Shown: piece by piece, positions 25,101 through 39,400 of the stretch
Position numbering within the stretch: the first letter of the stretch is position 1
Layout: each line of letters starts with the position of its first letter
Source: Gekko japonicus
Taxonomy: Eukaryota
Length of the DNA: 64,000 nt
Direction: 5' to 3'
NCBI RefSeq assembly: GCF_001447785.1
Contig: NW_015167532.1
Location: 1,319,246-1,383,245 of the forward strand
Position numbers and translations under genes: made by a program
The notes under the pieces: generated by a model
Databases searched by the model: none
The model's input: the letters and a program-made list of their open reading frames with translations, nothing else
Told to the model about the DNA's origin: nothing

Positions 25101-28100
25101 AAAAGCACTGAACCATATAGGCACACCATAAAGAACTTGGGGTAAAATTTTAGTATTAAAAACTTTAATGGCGGCAGGCACAAATTGGTTTCCTTTGGAG
25201 AAAAAGAAAGATTTTAATTGGTTGGAAGATAATTTCCCCAAACTAATAGACCTTCTCCTGTGAGTTGCCCATTGGAGATTAAAATTGAATGTAACACCCA
25301 AATATTTATAACTCTTAACTTGCTGGATTTTCGCCTTACCAATATACCAGCTAAGGGGGACCCATTTTTTAGAAAAAACTATTGCTTTGGTTTTAGAATA
25401 GTTAATTTGAAGTTGATTGCCTCTACAATACTTCTCAAAAGCCCTCAGATATCATTGTAGACCTACTTTGGTAACAGAAATAATTGCTGTATCATCGGCA
25501 TATAAAAGGAGAGGCACTGCTCTGCCCCTTAATCTGGGGGGATGGCCATTCACTGAATCCAGCGCACCAGACAAATCAGAGAGAAATAGGTTGAAAAGAA
25601 GGGGAGCCAAAACACACCCTTGTTTTACTCCTTTGTTGGTTGGAATTTTATCTGTAAGGGCCCTCACCTCTTTCCAAGTTTTCTGTTTCAGTTCCCTGTG
25701 GAACTGACTCAGCCACTTTCCATTTATCATTTGCTTTGAACATTCAACTGCTGCCAGACAAGCAGTCTTTCTTCTTAGTTATACTACAATGGGATTGTTC
25801 AGTCTAGGAAGGCTCACCCTACAGGGGTCAAAAGAACTTGAGTACTGACAAAAATGGTCCATTTCCAAAATTTTAAATATAAGGTAGCAGAATCATTGGG
25901 AGGTCATTTTCCTAATACCTTGAAATTAGCATGCCATAAACACCTTTATGCAATGTGCAATAAATTCAGTAATACTTAAGATAGATTCGGGTGGGTAGCT
26001 GTGTTGGGCTGAAGCAACAGAACAAAGTTTGAGTCCAGTAGCACCTTTAAGACCAACAAAGTTTAATTCTGTGTATAAGTTTCCATGTGCACGCACAACA
26101 AAACTAACAGCTCAACATCTTGAGGTAAATATGCGATTTATTTAGGACTTTTTTTAGGGTGGGGGAGAAAAAAAAATGTCACACACAATGGAAATAAACC
26201 TCACTGGTTTTCAGGACTTACTTTCAAATATGGTGCTTAGAACCAGGATGAAAAGAATCCCTAATTTATTCCTGTAATTGTAATTATTTCAACAACTGGG
26301 AAAAATGTGAGTGCTACAGATTATGCATTTTTCAGAGAAAATATCACTTACAAAAAACCCACAAAAGCAAAATACTAGATTTAGTTTTCTTACATGCTGA
26401 GAACATGGCTTCCCTCCTGGTGGAAATGCTACTGGAAAATGAAGAGCTCGATGGGGTGGTATCATTTTCTTTTTCTTTAGCACAGAATTCAGCCAATGTG
26501 CAGTAACACATCTCTTCCTCTCTCTCAAAGCCTACAATTCACATAAGCAGCAAAATACTATCACTGTAGATTTTAATTTACTACATTTTAGAAGCAGTGT
26601 ACAAAAACTGATGCTTTAAAGAAAGATTGTCAAGAGGTACTTTTGATTTACAAAATTTTCAACTACTTTAAAACCAGTATGGGATTGATACTGAACTTCA
26701 CTATAACCTGGGGAGTCGCTCCTCTTACATGGGTTCATTGTCTGAACTTTGGCAAGTTTCTCTCAGCCACAGTCCTTCATTTGGAAAATGATTTGTTTCA
26801 CAAAGCTAACCAGAATCAAACAAAATGACGGTTCATTTTAACAAAGTAGAGCGCTATTCTAAAGATAGGAGTTTCCCTTGGGAATAACAGCTTTTTCAGA
26901 TAACAGAATGAACTGCTATACCACAATATTTTAAAAATTGTCAAGAGGTACTTTTGATTTACAAAACTTTCAAAACTGTTCATCTAGTACAACATTTATT
27001 GTATTCAAGTTATTTTTCTGGAAGGTGGAAAGATCCAATCTGTTTTACAATTATAAAATTTTACTTTCTAAGACTGCAGCTTGACATATTGTCTACAGAC
27101 ATGGTTCCTTGATACATGATATCCTCTAACAGAGAAACATCACGGCAACACAAAAGAAAATACCTCTTTACACAATGAGTGATTAAAATGTGGCATTCAC
27201 TGCCAGAGGATGTAGTGATGGCTACAAGCATAGACAGCTTTAAAAGACGATTGGACAGATTGAAGGAGAACAGGTGTACCAGCAGCTAACAGCCATAGTG
27301 ACTAAAGGGAACCTCCACATTCAGAGGCAGTAAACTTCTGAAAACCAATTTTAACAGGCAACATCAGGGGAAGGCCTTGGCCTCTATGCCTTTTTGTTGG
27401 CTCTCCAGAGTAACTGGTTGGTCATTGTGTGAGTCAGGCTGTAGATGACACAGACCAGTGGTTTGATCCAGAAGGGCTCTTCTTATGTCCTTAATGAGGT
27501 CTAGAACTTACTGCTACAACAAACATATCACTATATCACACAGGCTCTCTGCTTTTCCTCTTCCCCTTCCCCGGCAGCCTCTCCCTGTGAAAAGTCTGGC
27601 CAAGCTACAAAAACTGTGTATTAAGGCAAGTCATTGCTGGGCCCAGGCAAGTTTGTGTAACATCAAGCTGTCTAGTAACCATCCACGTCTGTGTCAGTCG
27701 CACAAATTATATGGTAGCAAGTTGCCCACATACTTGAGAATGAATCACACTCATCCAATTCCAGAATTCTTTAACAAGATGTACAATTTCACAAGTGTAC
27801 TTGCCACAAAAAGCATCACACCGGCCTAATTTGGAAGCTGGGGAGGACTGATGGATAAGCGGCAACAGTTTTAGTCTACTTAAAAAGTATTTGGTGTATC
27901 ACGGTTATGGTGCAACTGCAGGGTTTATTCTCCACCTTCCTCTCCAGCTTAGAGCTCAGTAGGAAACAGCTGGCTTGCTATGGCCTGCTTCCAAGACCGC
28001 TGGATTGACTAAGAAGCACCAGTTCACTGATTCTTCCAGCACCTCCCAAAATGCTTGAGAGAACCATAGAGACTCATCCACACCATAGTGATCTTCATAT

Positions 28101-30452
28101 GGGCTCTCAGCAACTTGGAAGTAAAGCATACACAAATGAACCCATGGCAAGCTGCATATCTCTAACAGGAAAGAAGACCTTTTGCCATTTGGTAAATGAA
28201 AATGCTGTTCTTGGTTAAGACTTGCAAGTCAGAAATTCAGGTCACTGTGTATTCTCTTGTCTTACCTGAGCATACATATTACTAAGTTGACTTTCACAGA
28301 GAAGATGTGTACATCGGCTTGTGAGCGTGGGATCTACTGTTCCACCATGTGTTTGGATTATCTAGAAAACCAATAAAAACTGCAGACTTTTAAAAGTTTT
28401 CTAATCTAGCAGCCTTCCTTAAGAATCCATACTATATCTATGACACAAACAACCCACTTATATAAGAATGTTTCATAATATCAAAGAATCATGAACAATA
28501 AGATGTGGACAATTTTAGCAGGTGAGCTCCAGCTGTAGCCAGTAATTAAAAAAGGTAAAATTTACATTTAAAGTCAGCAAGAGGGTGGAGTGAATAGAAG
28601 GAAGAGGATTGAGAGGATCAGATTATTATTGTATAGTTTTCAGGCGACAGATTGTTATGGCTTTAACATTTTTATTTTATACAGCATTAGCTTAGACAGT
28701 ATTAAAATCAATCCACTGCTTTTTTCAAAAAGTGCAATTTTTTAAATCCAATGTTGATTTAGAACAGCTCTCAAAAAAACAACAACCCAATACTGTCACA
28801 AATGAAACAAACAGCAAAAAATGAGCCAAATACTTACCCTTTTCCATGTTGCCAACAGCTGTTTATCAGACATTTGTTCAGGATAATCAGCAATTGCAAA
28901 AACGCAACCCAATAAGAAATATTCTTCCGGAACTAGAAAAGTAATACAAACAAAATTAGTATGAAATACTCTACAATATCATCTTAGACCACAGCTAACA
29001 GCATAATGAATTATTAGAGATCTAGGTATGCATTTACTCTTAGATCAGCTATTATAAAAAAGAATGCCATTTGCCCTAACTACAGAATATTTGTAAGGGG
29101 AAGTCAGCCCCCCCCCCAATACTGATGATTAGTGCTGCAGAGGAGATGCCTCTACTCAGAATATTCCACCAGTGCAGCATTTCTAGAGATTGGGACAACC
29201 CTTTGTGCAAATCATCCCAAGGCTCATTGTAGGGGGATTCTCCTCCTACCAGTGGTAAAGCTCCATACAAGGTAATCTTGAAAACTTGTTTTTTGTGTAC
29301 AACTTGGTGAGAGCACTCTGGGTTTAGTAGGAAACAGACTATGGGTACACAAACTACTCAAATTTATTGTTAAGTGCATTTGAATGAAGAGCAGACTTCA
29401 AAGAATGTATTCTGCATACCAAATACAATTCATCAATGGAAGAAAGTCTCTAAAAAGAAGTTTGAAATGTAGAAAAGAAATCTGAAATGCAGAACTGAAA
29501 CAAAATTTTGTATGTAGTCCACCACTGCAGTTAAACACAATGCCCTCCCAACAGATTTTCAAGCTTTCCTGGAGATTAGTATGCAATTTATGTGAGGTTT
29601 CAATTAACTCAATAATACTGAAGATGACACTGTTTACAACACTGTAAATGTATTCTGACTCAGACAGTATCTTAGTTGAGCTTTGTAAATAAATATTTCA
29701 CCTGCGTTAAGAGAAAAATCTTCACTGAATACTTCTGAAGGTACAGCTACTGTACCAAGATACTTTTCTTTTTTGCAGTCAAGTCACAGCTGACTTATGG
29801 TGACCCTCATACGATTTTCAAGGCAAGAGACATTCAGAGGAGATTTGCCACTGCCTCCCTCTACAGGGAAACTATAGTCAACTCAAATTAAAAATCCTTA
29901 GTATTACACATTCTGAATGTTAACCTAATAATCTTTGCGCAAGAACAAAATGGGTTGATTACTAACTTTCTGCAGAAGGATCATGCCCAAACAATTGATG
30001 TTGCTGCAGCTGCTGTGGCTGGGGATGTTGTGGTGGCTGAACTGGAACCTGATGTTGTAGCACCTGAGAAGTTTGACTCAAGTGTTGTGATGGTGGATTT
30101 TGAATTTGTTGTTGTTGTTGCTGCTGCTGCTGCATTCGCTGCAAATGTTGCTGCTGCAGTTGTTGCTGCTGAATTTGCTGTTGATGCTGCAGCTGTTGCT
30201 GAAGGTTTTGCTGTTGTAGTTGTAACTGTTGCTGCTGTAGCTGTTGCTGCTGTAACTGATGCAACTGCTGCTGCAAGGCATGCTGTTGTTGAAATTGTAA
30301 CTGCTGCTGAGGGCGATGGATCTGCTGTTGGGAATGCAACTGCTGGGGAGGAAACTGTAGCTGCTGCTGAGAAAACTGGTGCTGATGAACTTGCTGCTGT
30401 TGTGGAGCAAACTGATGAGGTTGTTGAGGAAAAGGCTGCTGAGCAACTGGAG

Positions 30453-30489
<37 letters not shown>

Positions 30490-33400
30490 CTGCTGCTGCA
30501 ACTGCATGATTTGCTGAGGCTGGAGGTGCAAGAGAGAATGGTGCTGCTGTTGCTGCTGCGGTTGATGTTGCTGCAGTAAGTGCGTTTCAGGCGTCATTTT
30601 AACTTGACTAAGCAACACTGCATTTGAATGTCCCTGTTGGCTGTGGTTTACCTGCTGCTCTAAAGTTTTTGTAGGTGCTGAAAGGGATTGTAAGATCTAG
30701 AAAACAAAGGTGATGTTTGTGATCTTCATATTTCTATGAAAATTTAAAAGCATAAACCAAAGGTGAACAAGTTAGGAGTATATATCATTAGGGTTTCATA
30801 AGAAGGCAAAAGACCACTGATGCACTGAAACAGAAAGCAGGTGTCTGCTAGATTTCTCTGCTAAAATGAACATGTATGCTATTTTTCAGTGCTCCTTCAC
30901 AAATGTGATTTTTTTCAAAGAACTAATGCACTGATAGCACACTAGGCAATTTCACAGAATGTGTGAAAACTCCAGGAAGAAAAAAGCAGCATTAATGTTA
31001 TGTTTTGCATTAATGTTATGTTTTGCCACAGGAAGTGGTGGCAGCTACAAGCATGGACGGCTTCAAAAGGGAATTAGGTAAGCATATGGAGCAGAGGTCC
31101 ATCAGTGGCTATTAGCCACAAGGTATAGATAGGGACTCTGGGGCAAGTGATGCTCTGTCATCTTGGTGCTTGGGGGGGGGGGTCAACAGTGGGAGGGCTT
31201 CTAATGTCCGGGCCCCACTGGTGGACCTCCTGATGGCACTGGTATTTCTGGCTACTGTGTGATACAGAGTGTTGGACTGGATGGGCCTTTGGCCTGATCC
31301 AACATTGGCATCTCTTATGTTCTTATGTTCTTAAAATATAGTAAAGGAAATGCAATATTTTAATGCAAACCAGTATAAACAGAATAGAGACACTTTTTCC
31401 TCTTCAACCATGATGTATGAAAGAATTATTACATCATCTAAAAGACAGACAAGCTTGGTTTCCATTAACTATACATCTATCTTCCATCTTTAAATTTAAA
31501 TACCTAAGGTCAGGCCCCACTCTGATAGGCAAATACATGCAACAGAGTCAGTCAGGCAACGAACCCAAGCAATCACCTAGTTCTGCAGAAAAATCCAACC
31601 GGGGGGGGGGGGATCCCTAATTTTGTATTAACACCCTCCCCAAGTTAATTAAAAAAAAAAAAAAGAGTTGATGGAGGCAGGGTGACACGGTGATCCAAAA
31701 TGGCACAAGAACACCATCAGTGACTAGAGGGGAAATGGGTTTTCCTGTCTTATATATGTCCCTCCTTGTTTTTACAGATAAACAGCTGCATTCAGACACA
31801 AAAATCAACCATTGTTAACCAATTTAACTCACACTAATGTATCCACACACCACAAATAGCCAAAATTAGTTTCTAACTGGGACCTGCTCTACTCCACACA
31901 AGGAAAGGAAGAGGAGTGAGGTTGAAGAAGAAGAGGTTGGATTTATACCCTGCCCTTCACTACCCGAAGGAGTCTCAGAGCGACTTACAAACTCCTTTTC
32001 CTTCCCCTCCCCACAACAGACATCCTGTGAGGTAGGTGGGGCTGCAAGAGCTCTGACAGAAACTGCTCTTTTTCAAGAACAGCTGTGCCAGAACTATGGC
32101 TTGCCCAAAGTCATCCATCCAGGTGCAAGTGGAGGAGTGGGGAATCAAACCCGGTTCTCCCAGATTAGAGTCTGTGCACTTAACCACTACACCAAACTGG
32201 CCCAAGGCTGTCAATCAAGCACGTTTTAACTTATATATATTTAAGTACACCACCCAAACACAGCTATAGCTTCGTTTGCTATCACTACAAAAGTAAAACC
32301 TGAATGTTTATTTTCAACTTCTACCTGATTTTGAACCTTTTCATCTACTACAATCAACTGAAATACGACACGTAAGTTTACGTAAATGGGGAAACATTCT
32401 TTGTGAAAATTGGAGAAGACAGCTCATGCCCTCAACCAGTACTACCTATTGGCAAGCAGAAGTTAATCCCTGGAGTTCTGATTCTAAAACAAAATACTTG
32501 GAAGCACTGTTCCCTCTAAGCTGAGTTAGTGTGAGCTAGCTCACAGCTTTTTAGCTTCTGGCTCACACATTTTTGTCTTAGCTCAGGAAGGAGGGCTCCA
32601 GAGCAAGCTAATGCATGCAGTAGTCAAATCGCTCGCTCACAACTTTTACACCAGTCGCTCACAAAGTAGAATTTTTGCTCACAAGACTCCGCAGCTTAGA
32701 GGGAACATTGCTTGGAAGTACGCCCCACTGATTTCAAATAAACAATCTTCTAAACAAATCTGTGCCTTTGAGTTTAAGATAACTTGCTCCCAAATGAATT
32801 ACTTCAGGACTGCAATGCTTAATAACTTGTAACATATTTCTGTGCTTTTAACCTACCAAATATATTGGGACCTAGTGGCCAGAGCAGCTGAAAACAATAC
32901 ACTTGCATACTCCCTTTGGATGACTGCCATCCCACCCATATGAATAAACCTGCATAGGAATCTTTATTCCAGGTTGTGCTGGAGTGATGTCTTCTCAAGT
33001 AAGGTGAGCAACCACTGCCAACAGAGGAAAGCTCTAGTGATGAGAATGCAATGGCACTCCTGTGCTATTGCAGGATTTAAGTATCATGCTGGCTGGCTGG
33101 CTAAGGAAATTTGCACTCATGCTCTTTAGAGCAGGAAAGCAGACCTAGGGAGTAAGAGGAAACAAGCCATATGCCCCCCATAACCCTTCTTCCCTAATTC
33201 CAAGGCCACCAGAGGCAGCCCTAATAGATGCCACATCCCAGCCCTATCTAAATCAAAACCCAAACATATCCACACAGCACAACACTTTAAAACAAGTTTG
33301 CAATGAGTTAAAATGGATTAGGACTGCAACATTATTACTTACTAACAGATCTAAAATTTTACTCAGATAACTCAAGATCCTTAATAAGGCACATTTTTTT

Positions 33401-36400
33401 AAAAAACCGACATTCTACAGTACTTATAAAAACCTCTGGTAGCATGTGCCACCTTTGAAGAGGCATTCCCCTTCACTCTGACATCAGGCAATACCTTTAA
33501 GATGATGCCTGCTCTGAGATTCCCACATCATCTAAAAAACACAAAACAATATGCCTTTTGCTTCAAAAATGTTTTTACTTGTATGCAAGTATAATTAACT
33601 AGAACTCATACAATTTATGAGTTAAGAGTTCTTTAATTGGGTGATTTCATAGTTCACAGTACTGAAGCAAAGGTTCACTCTCAAGAAATGGTTCATTAAT
33701 TTATACTTTAAAACACTTACATGTGCTACATTTGACGGCCTATTAACTTGCTGAATATCAGCATTATTAGTAATATTCCTTAATGTCCGAACTGCCGTGC
33801 TCCACGTAGCCATCTTTTCAGGACGTCCAGAACTTTGAGGATTTTGTACCGATGCTATTATGTTACTTCTAATTTCCGAGGACAAAATACTGCCAGGTAC
33901 AGGTGGAACATTGGCACACAAATTAATCAATCCGGAATCCTTGCCAGATGATAATCTGTGCTTTGCAGTAGCAGCCTGCGGAACTTCAGCGGGTGTCCAG
34001 TTCAAGTTTCTCTCATGCTTTTCAGGAGAGGAATCTGAAGAATCATCAAACATCAGTTCTCCTTTTGTTTTGTTAGCATCAATAGATTTAGGTGAAAAAG
34101 GTGGATCACCCAAAGGTGACCCTTCTCGAGAAGATGCTGGACTTGATAATTTTTCATCTGTACTAGCTTCATTTTGAGAATCCTGATCTTCATTTTCCTC
34201 CTCCTCCTCTTCTTCCTCCTCCTCTTCCTCATATATAATTAACCGAGGATGGTAGGATGCCTCATCTTTTTTGGTTTTATCAGAGATGGAATCTAAAACC
34301 CAGTCAGGTGTCACGATTTTAACATTCTCCCGTTTACATGCGCATTCATATTTTTCCTGAGAAGAATAAAATGTTACACAGTTTTTCCTTCCAGTAGTAT
34401 TTATAAAAAGACAGTGTTATTTAGATAACTGAATACTAATTTTAAACATTTACAGTGTTGAAATAAACCATAATTAATTGTGTTCTTCATTTTCTAATAT
34501 GCTAATGCCCTAAAAGTGTGATGAGTTATTTTCAGTCTATTTAAAATTACTATAGTACATTAATATGTGCAAACAGTTTTGAAATTCTCAGCAGTTACTA
34601 CAGTTGTCACCCATGCTACTTTCAAAATCTGAAACACTTTATTTAAATAAATACTGCAAAAAAATCACAAAATTAAAAAAACCTCCATGTGCCAGGGTGA
34701 ACTCTATCATGAAATTTATCATTCCAACCAAGATATTTATCTCTGCCATCGGTAGGGATATTTTGCCAAAAAATGTTATTCTTATTTATAAAAATTCCAA
34801 TAAATTATAGGACAGTGACTAATTAAATGTCCAGGCCAGCAGTCAGGAAAGCATCAGGGTCGCTGATGTTTATACAGCAGCACAACTGATCTTCCTGAAA
34901 GAATAGTTTTTGCCACGTAAGGATGCTCAAGCTGTAGCAAATCCCTTAAATTACGTGATTTGTGCCCTTAAGAAAAACTGACACTGTGAAATATAGGCAC
35001 AATGAAATAGATCTAAAAAGCTGGGATAATTTAAACACATTTTCAATCTATCCCATATAACATTTTTTACAGGATTAAACATTTAATTAAACGAGATGTG
35101 TTTTCTATGATATGAAAAAATAATTTTATCTGAACTGATTAGAAAATATGATGGGTAGCATAAAATAAAGTCTGAAATGTTATTGTCACCAAAGGTTGCA
35201 CGGCATATTTTTATGCCCAACCTTTAGATAAGGAAGAACCACCTCTGTGTTTCCTTTCAGAAATGGGACAAAATTTTAAACGTAGAAATATCACTGAACA
35301 TGTGGAATTGTATTTGAGTAAATATCCTACTGAGTTTAAATTCATTTCATCTGAAGGTGAATTTCTTCAAGATTATCACCATTGGTGCTTGACAACAGAT
35401 CAATTGACAACTACTTATCATATGCATCCAGATGTATGCTACAGTTGTGACTCCCAACAGACAGACTTGCTACATGTTTTTGGTCATGCCCCCAGATACA
35501 GGTACAGCAAGGCATAACACCCCTAAGAATCTAAGACTATGATACAATGCTATTTCAGATAAAACATGTACACTAGAGAGCTAGGACTGGTACTCCCAAA
35601 CAATGCATCACTGCTTGCGGCTGTTTCCTGTTTCTACTAGCTGATATGCTTCATATTTATTGAAATTATTTTCATAAAAGCAATAGGACTTGCTCTGATA
35701 AATTAATAATAAACCCAGTAATTATACTTAAGAGTTGAAAAAATATTTTTCAAAAATATTTTTTTTAGTTGCTAGTTATCAGAAATTTATCAAGATCTGT
35801 GTTGCCAAAACTTTTATATACAAACCAGGAAACTGTAATATTTTCCAACCCGGTTCTGGGAAGCTTTTTACAACTTCCACAGGAACTTTTGCATCACAAA
35901 GCTGAAAATAATCCTTGAGAAACTTGAGTACTAGGAGATTTTCAGTCCAGCAAAAATTGGCCATTTAGATATGCAAGTGAAATACAGGTGAAGCAAGCTT
36001 GGTTGCACACATACCCAGTTTGATGATGTCACTCATTACAGGCATTATTTGCTGTCTAATGAGAGATCTTTACAGTTTTTCATGATTTCGCCATAGTAAA
36101 TACTAAGTACAAAATAAGTCTCTGACATTATTAATCTCTAATCAGTTATCATTTATGAGTTACACAATGCTGGTTCTAAAAGAGATTCTTGGAGGAACTC
36201 ATTGTTAACGTTTCTGCATTGGTAGGTCATCCATTTATTGCTATTCTCGCTTTCATTTTTTTAACCCATTACTAAGCCATGCGGACCCATGATTGTTAAA
36301 TTTCCTTATATGTATCTCTTAAATCAACCCTATCTATCCCTAAAAACGCCTAAAAGGCTGGCAAGAGAACCCATGTTGATTGCCTCTCAGCAAGGCAAAG

Positions 36401-39400
36401 CAGAACAAAATAGAGAAACAAGTACATACAATAAAACACTTACCCCTTTTGGTTCAGGTACAATCAAATGAGTGCATTTTTTATTGAGTCTCAACTGGCA
36501 ATCCCCACCATAAAAAGTAATCAAAGCCCACAGCGTACTTCGATCTTCAGAAGAAACCTACCAGAAAGGGAAAGTTATTTTCATACCAAATTTTGAGAAA
36601 CACATTCTAGTTAGATATCTCACATTCTAGATATCTCACATTCTAGCAAACAATCCATTCTTACCTGAGATGGACAAGCAACAACTCCAAAAAAGATCTG
36701 ACAGGATTCTGGGGAGAAACCATTCACTCTGACAAAGAGAGGCGTCAAGGATAATATAAACACAATTAAATTCTTACTTAGGTATCTTGGCTCTAATTCA
36801 CTCTTCCTGGCAACTACCCATCCACCTATGTGTAATATTTAAAGAAATCTGTTTCAATGAATCCGAAGGAGCTTAGATACTAAGTCTCTCAGCTCTAGCT
36901 TGTACCCAGAACTGAACTTTACTTGTATTGTAGGTGCCACTGGACTCAAGCCTCTTCCCACATCTGATTGTTAACTCTTGAATTTGTATCACAGATCTTT
37001 CTTACATCCATAAATGGCCCTTCCCGACAATAACACCCACCCCACCCCCTACAAGTAATGGTTGAGGAGGTTCTGTTCCACTATATCTGATGAAGTGTGC
37101 TTGCACATGAAAGCTTATACCGTGAATAAGACTTTGTTGGTCTTAGAGGTGCCACTGAACTCAAGCTTTGTTAAACACAACTAAGTTACCATTAAAATGT
37201 GAAAACAACTGACATAATTTTTTTACCTAGCACTCCTAAGCATGATCTGTGAAGCGGCTTACTCCACTAAAAGCAAAATGTTACACATAAAACTATTTTT
37301 TTTCAATTACAAAAACAGTTATTACAGTCATGTTATATCAAGCCATGGGTAAATAAGATATATTAAATCAAGGTACACAATACCTAATCTATTTCATATA
37401 AAACATTTGCATGTCATAAATTAGGGAAACTATAGAGAAACCTGAGCTGTGAAAGCCCCATTGTCATTCTACTGCATTGACAGCTGCAAGGGGGAAATGA
37501 TATATGCCTGTCGCCTGACCTAGCACTTAACTGCCCTCATTCCCCAACTCCTAGAGAGCAATCAGCAAGTTGAATCCTCAACATGCCATTATTTAGTGCA
37601 TTTCTTCTTAACTTGCAAAGTAATATTTTTCTACACACATGGGGAGTCCCTAAGCATGCTAAAACACCTACCATGGCTGTGACTGACCCTGTTACACTGT
37701 CCTTCTGATTGGCAGGCACTCAAATGTGAAGATTCTGATCAGGAGGAAAGATAACACTATTTTAGGACATTTTAACTCAAGAAAAAAAGGATACGGCAGA
37801 AGAGCTCCACATCGAACTGACAAAATCACCCAGGAAGGCTGAAAAGAATTTTTTAAAAATGCATCTGTTAAGTTGATCACAGACACACATATCACATTCC
37901 TAACAATAGCTCGGTTTCTAGTTATTGGAAAATATGTAGCAAATTTAAGTTAATCAGTATGTTTCACAAGTGCTCTCTGAGAAGCAGGTGAACGTATACA
38001 CAGCACAGTAAGATAGCTTCATTCTGATTCATGCATTGAACCTTGGAACACAAATGAGCTTTAGCATGTCCAGTGGGATTTTAAAAAACAAGCAACTTTT
38101 CCCTTTAAAAAGCAGATCCCATATGTTATACCACAACCTATTTTTCAAACTTTCCTCACTTGCAGAAAGGGTTTTCCATGCAGCATGGGTGACAGCTGTT
38201 CAAATAATAGAGTATAAACCTCCTGCAGTCCTTTTGGATCCTGGACAGAGGATTTCTTGATTCTCCCTTTACCAGCGAGGCAATTTGGGCTATCAACCAG
38301 TACAGCGCTGGCCACTTGGCAGAGGAACATGCTGAATTCTCTTCCTATTATCAGCGTAAACATCCTCTCCCCCATATACAGTACTTTTTTGCAGATCAGG
38401 GCAGATCCTCAGGTACAGAAGTGAATAGCTCCCTGCTCTAAAGCAGTTTGCTGCAGGAAAGGATATACAAACAGTAGTAGTATTATAGGTCCTCACTTTT
38501 ACTACAGGAAGATCAAATACTTCACGTGATTCTCCAACTTCGGGATTGTCTCCATCTTCTGAAATTATGTGTGATGCCAGAGCATTATAGGAAACCTCCT
38601 TTGCCTTGCCGTCTTTCAGAAGTCGAATTACCTAAAGAGAATGAAAAATAACTTTTCATTCCTTGCAATCTCAGATAAACATTGCTGTTAAAACTGTGCT
38701 AAAACACAAACTGCATTCCTGGAGTTTGCTCATTATAGTCATCTCTCTCCCCAAAAAACTGGAAGATGAAACATCAGAGGTTGGAATGAGACAGTGGGCA
38801 ACTCAGCGTGGTTTCTTCCCTACCATGTGTCTCTCTTGCTGGGGCCAAATAATATATACACTGTGAGCCAGCATAGCTAAATGAAATGTAAGATAATGAA
38901 AATATTTTTTAATATTTTTTCACTGCCTAAAGCAATGGCAAACCACCTCTGAATGTCTCTTGCCTTGAAAACCCTACAAGGTCACCATTAATTGACTGTA
39001 GCGTCACGGCAAAAAACAAAACAAAAACCAAAGTATATTGCAAAAAAATATCTCCAAAGTCCCATTAGTTCTATTATAAATTCAGGGAAGGGCCATGGCT
39101 CAGTGGTAGAACATCTGCTTGATATGCCAGAGGTCCCAGGTTCAATACCCAACATTTTCAGTTATGAGGATCCGGTAAGTAGGTGATGTGAAAGACTTCC
39201 TGAGACCCTGGAGATCCACTGCCAGTCTGAGTAGACAATACTGACCCTGATGGACCCATGGTCTGATTCAGTACTAGGCAGCTTCATGTGTTCCACATGT
39301 CTGTGGACTGAGAATAGTGCAACTCTGCTTAGGACTGCACTGCAAACCACTGCTATGAAAAACTCACAAGGCAGTTGATATAACCCACCCCCGGCTTCTT

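Noticed and set aside
29955-30579. Plus-strand Ala/Val-rich 184-aa ORF, poly-Leu ORF and alternative-frame poly-Ser ORF
   Set aside because: Shadow frames of the CAG/CAA-rich PAXIP1 exon 7; no independent support.
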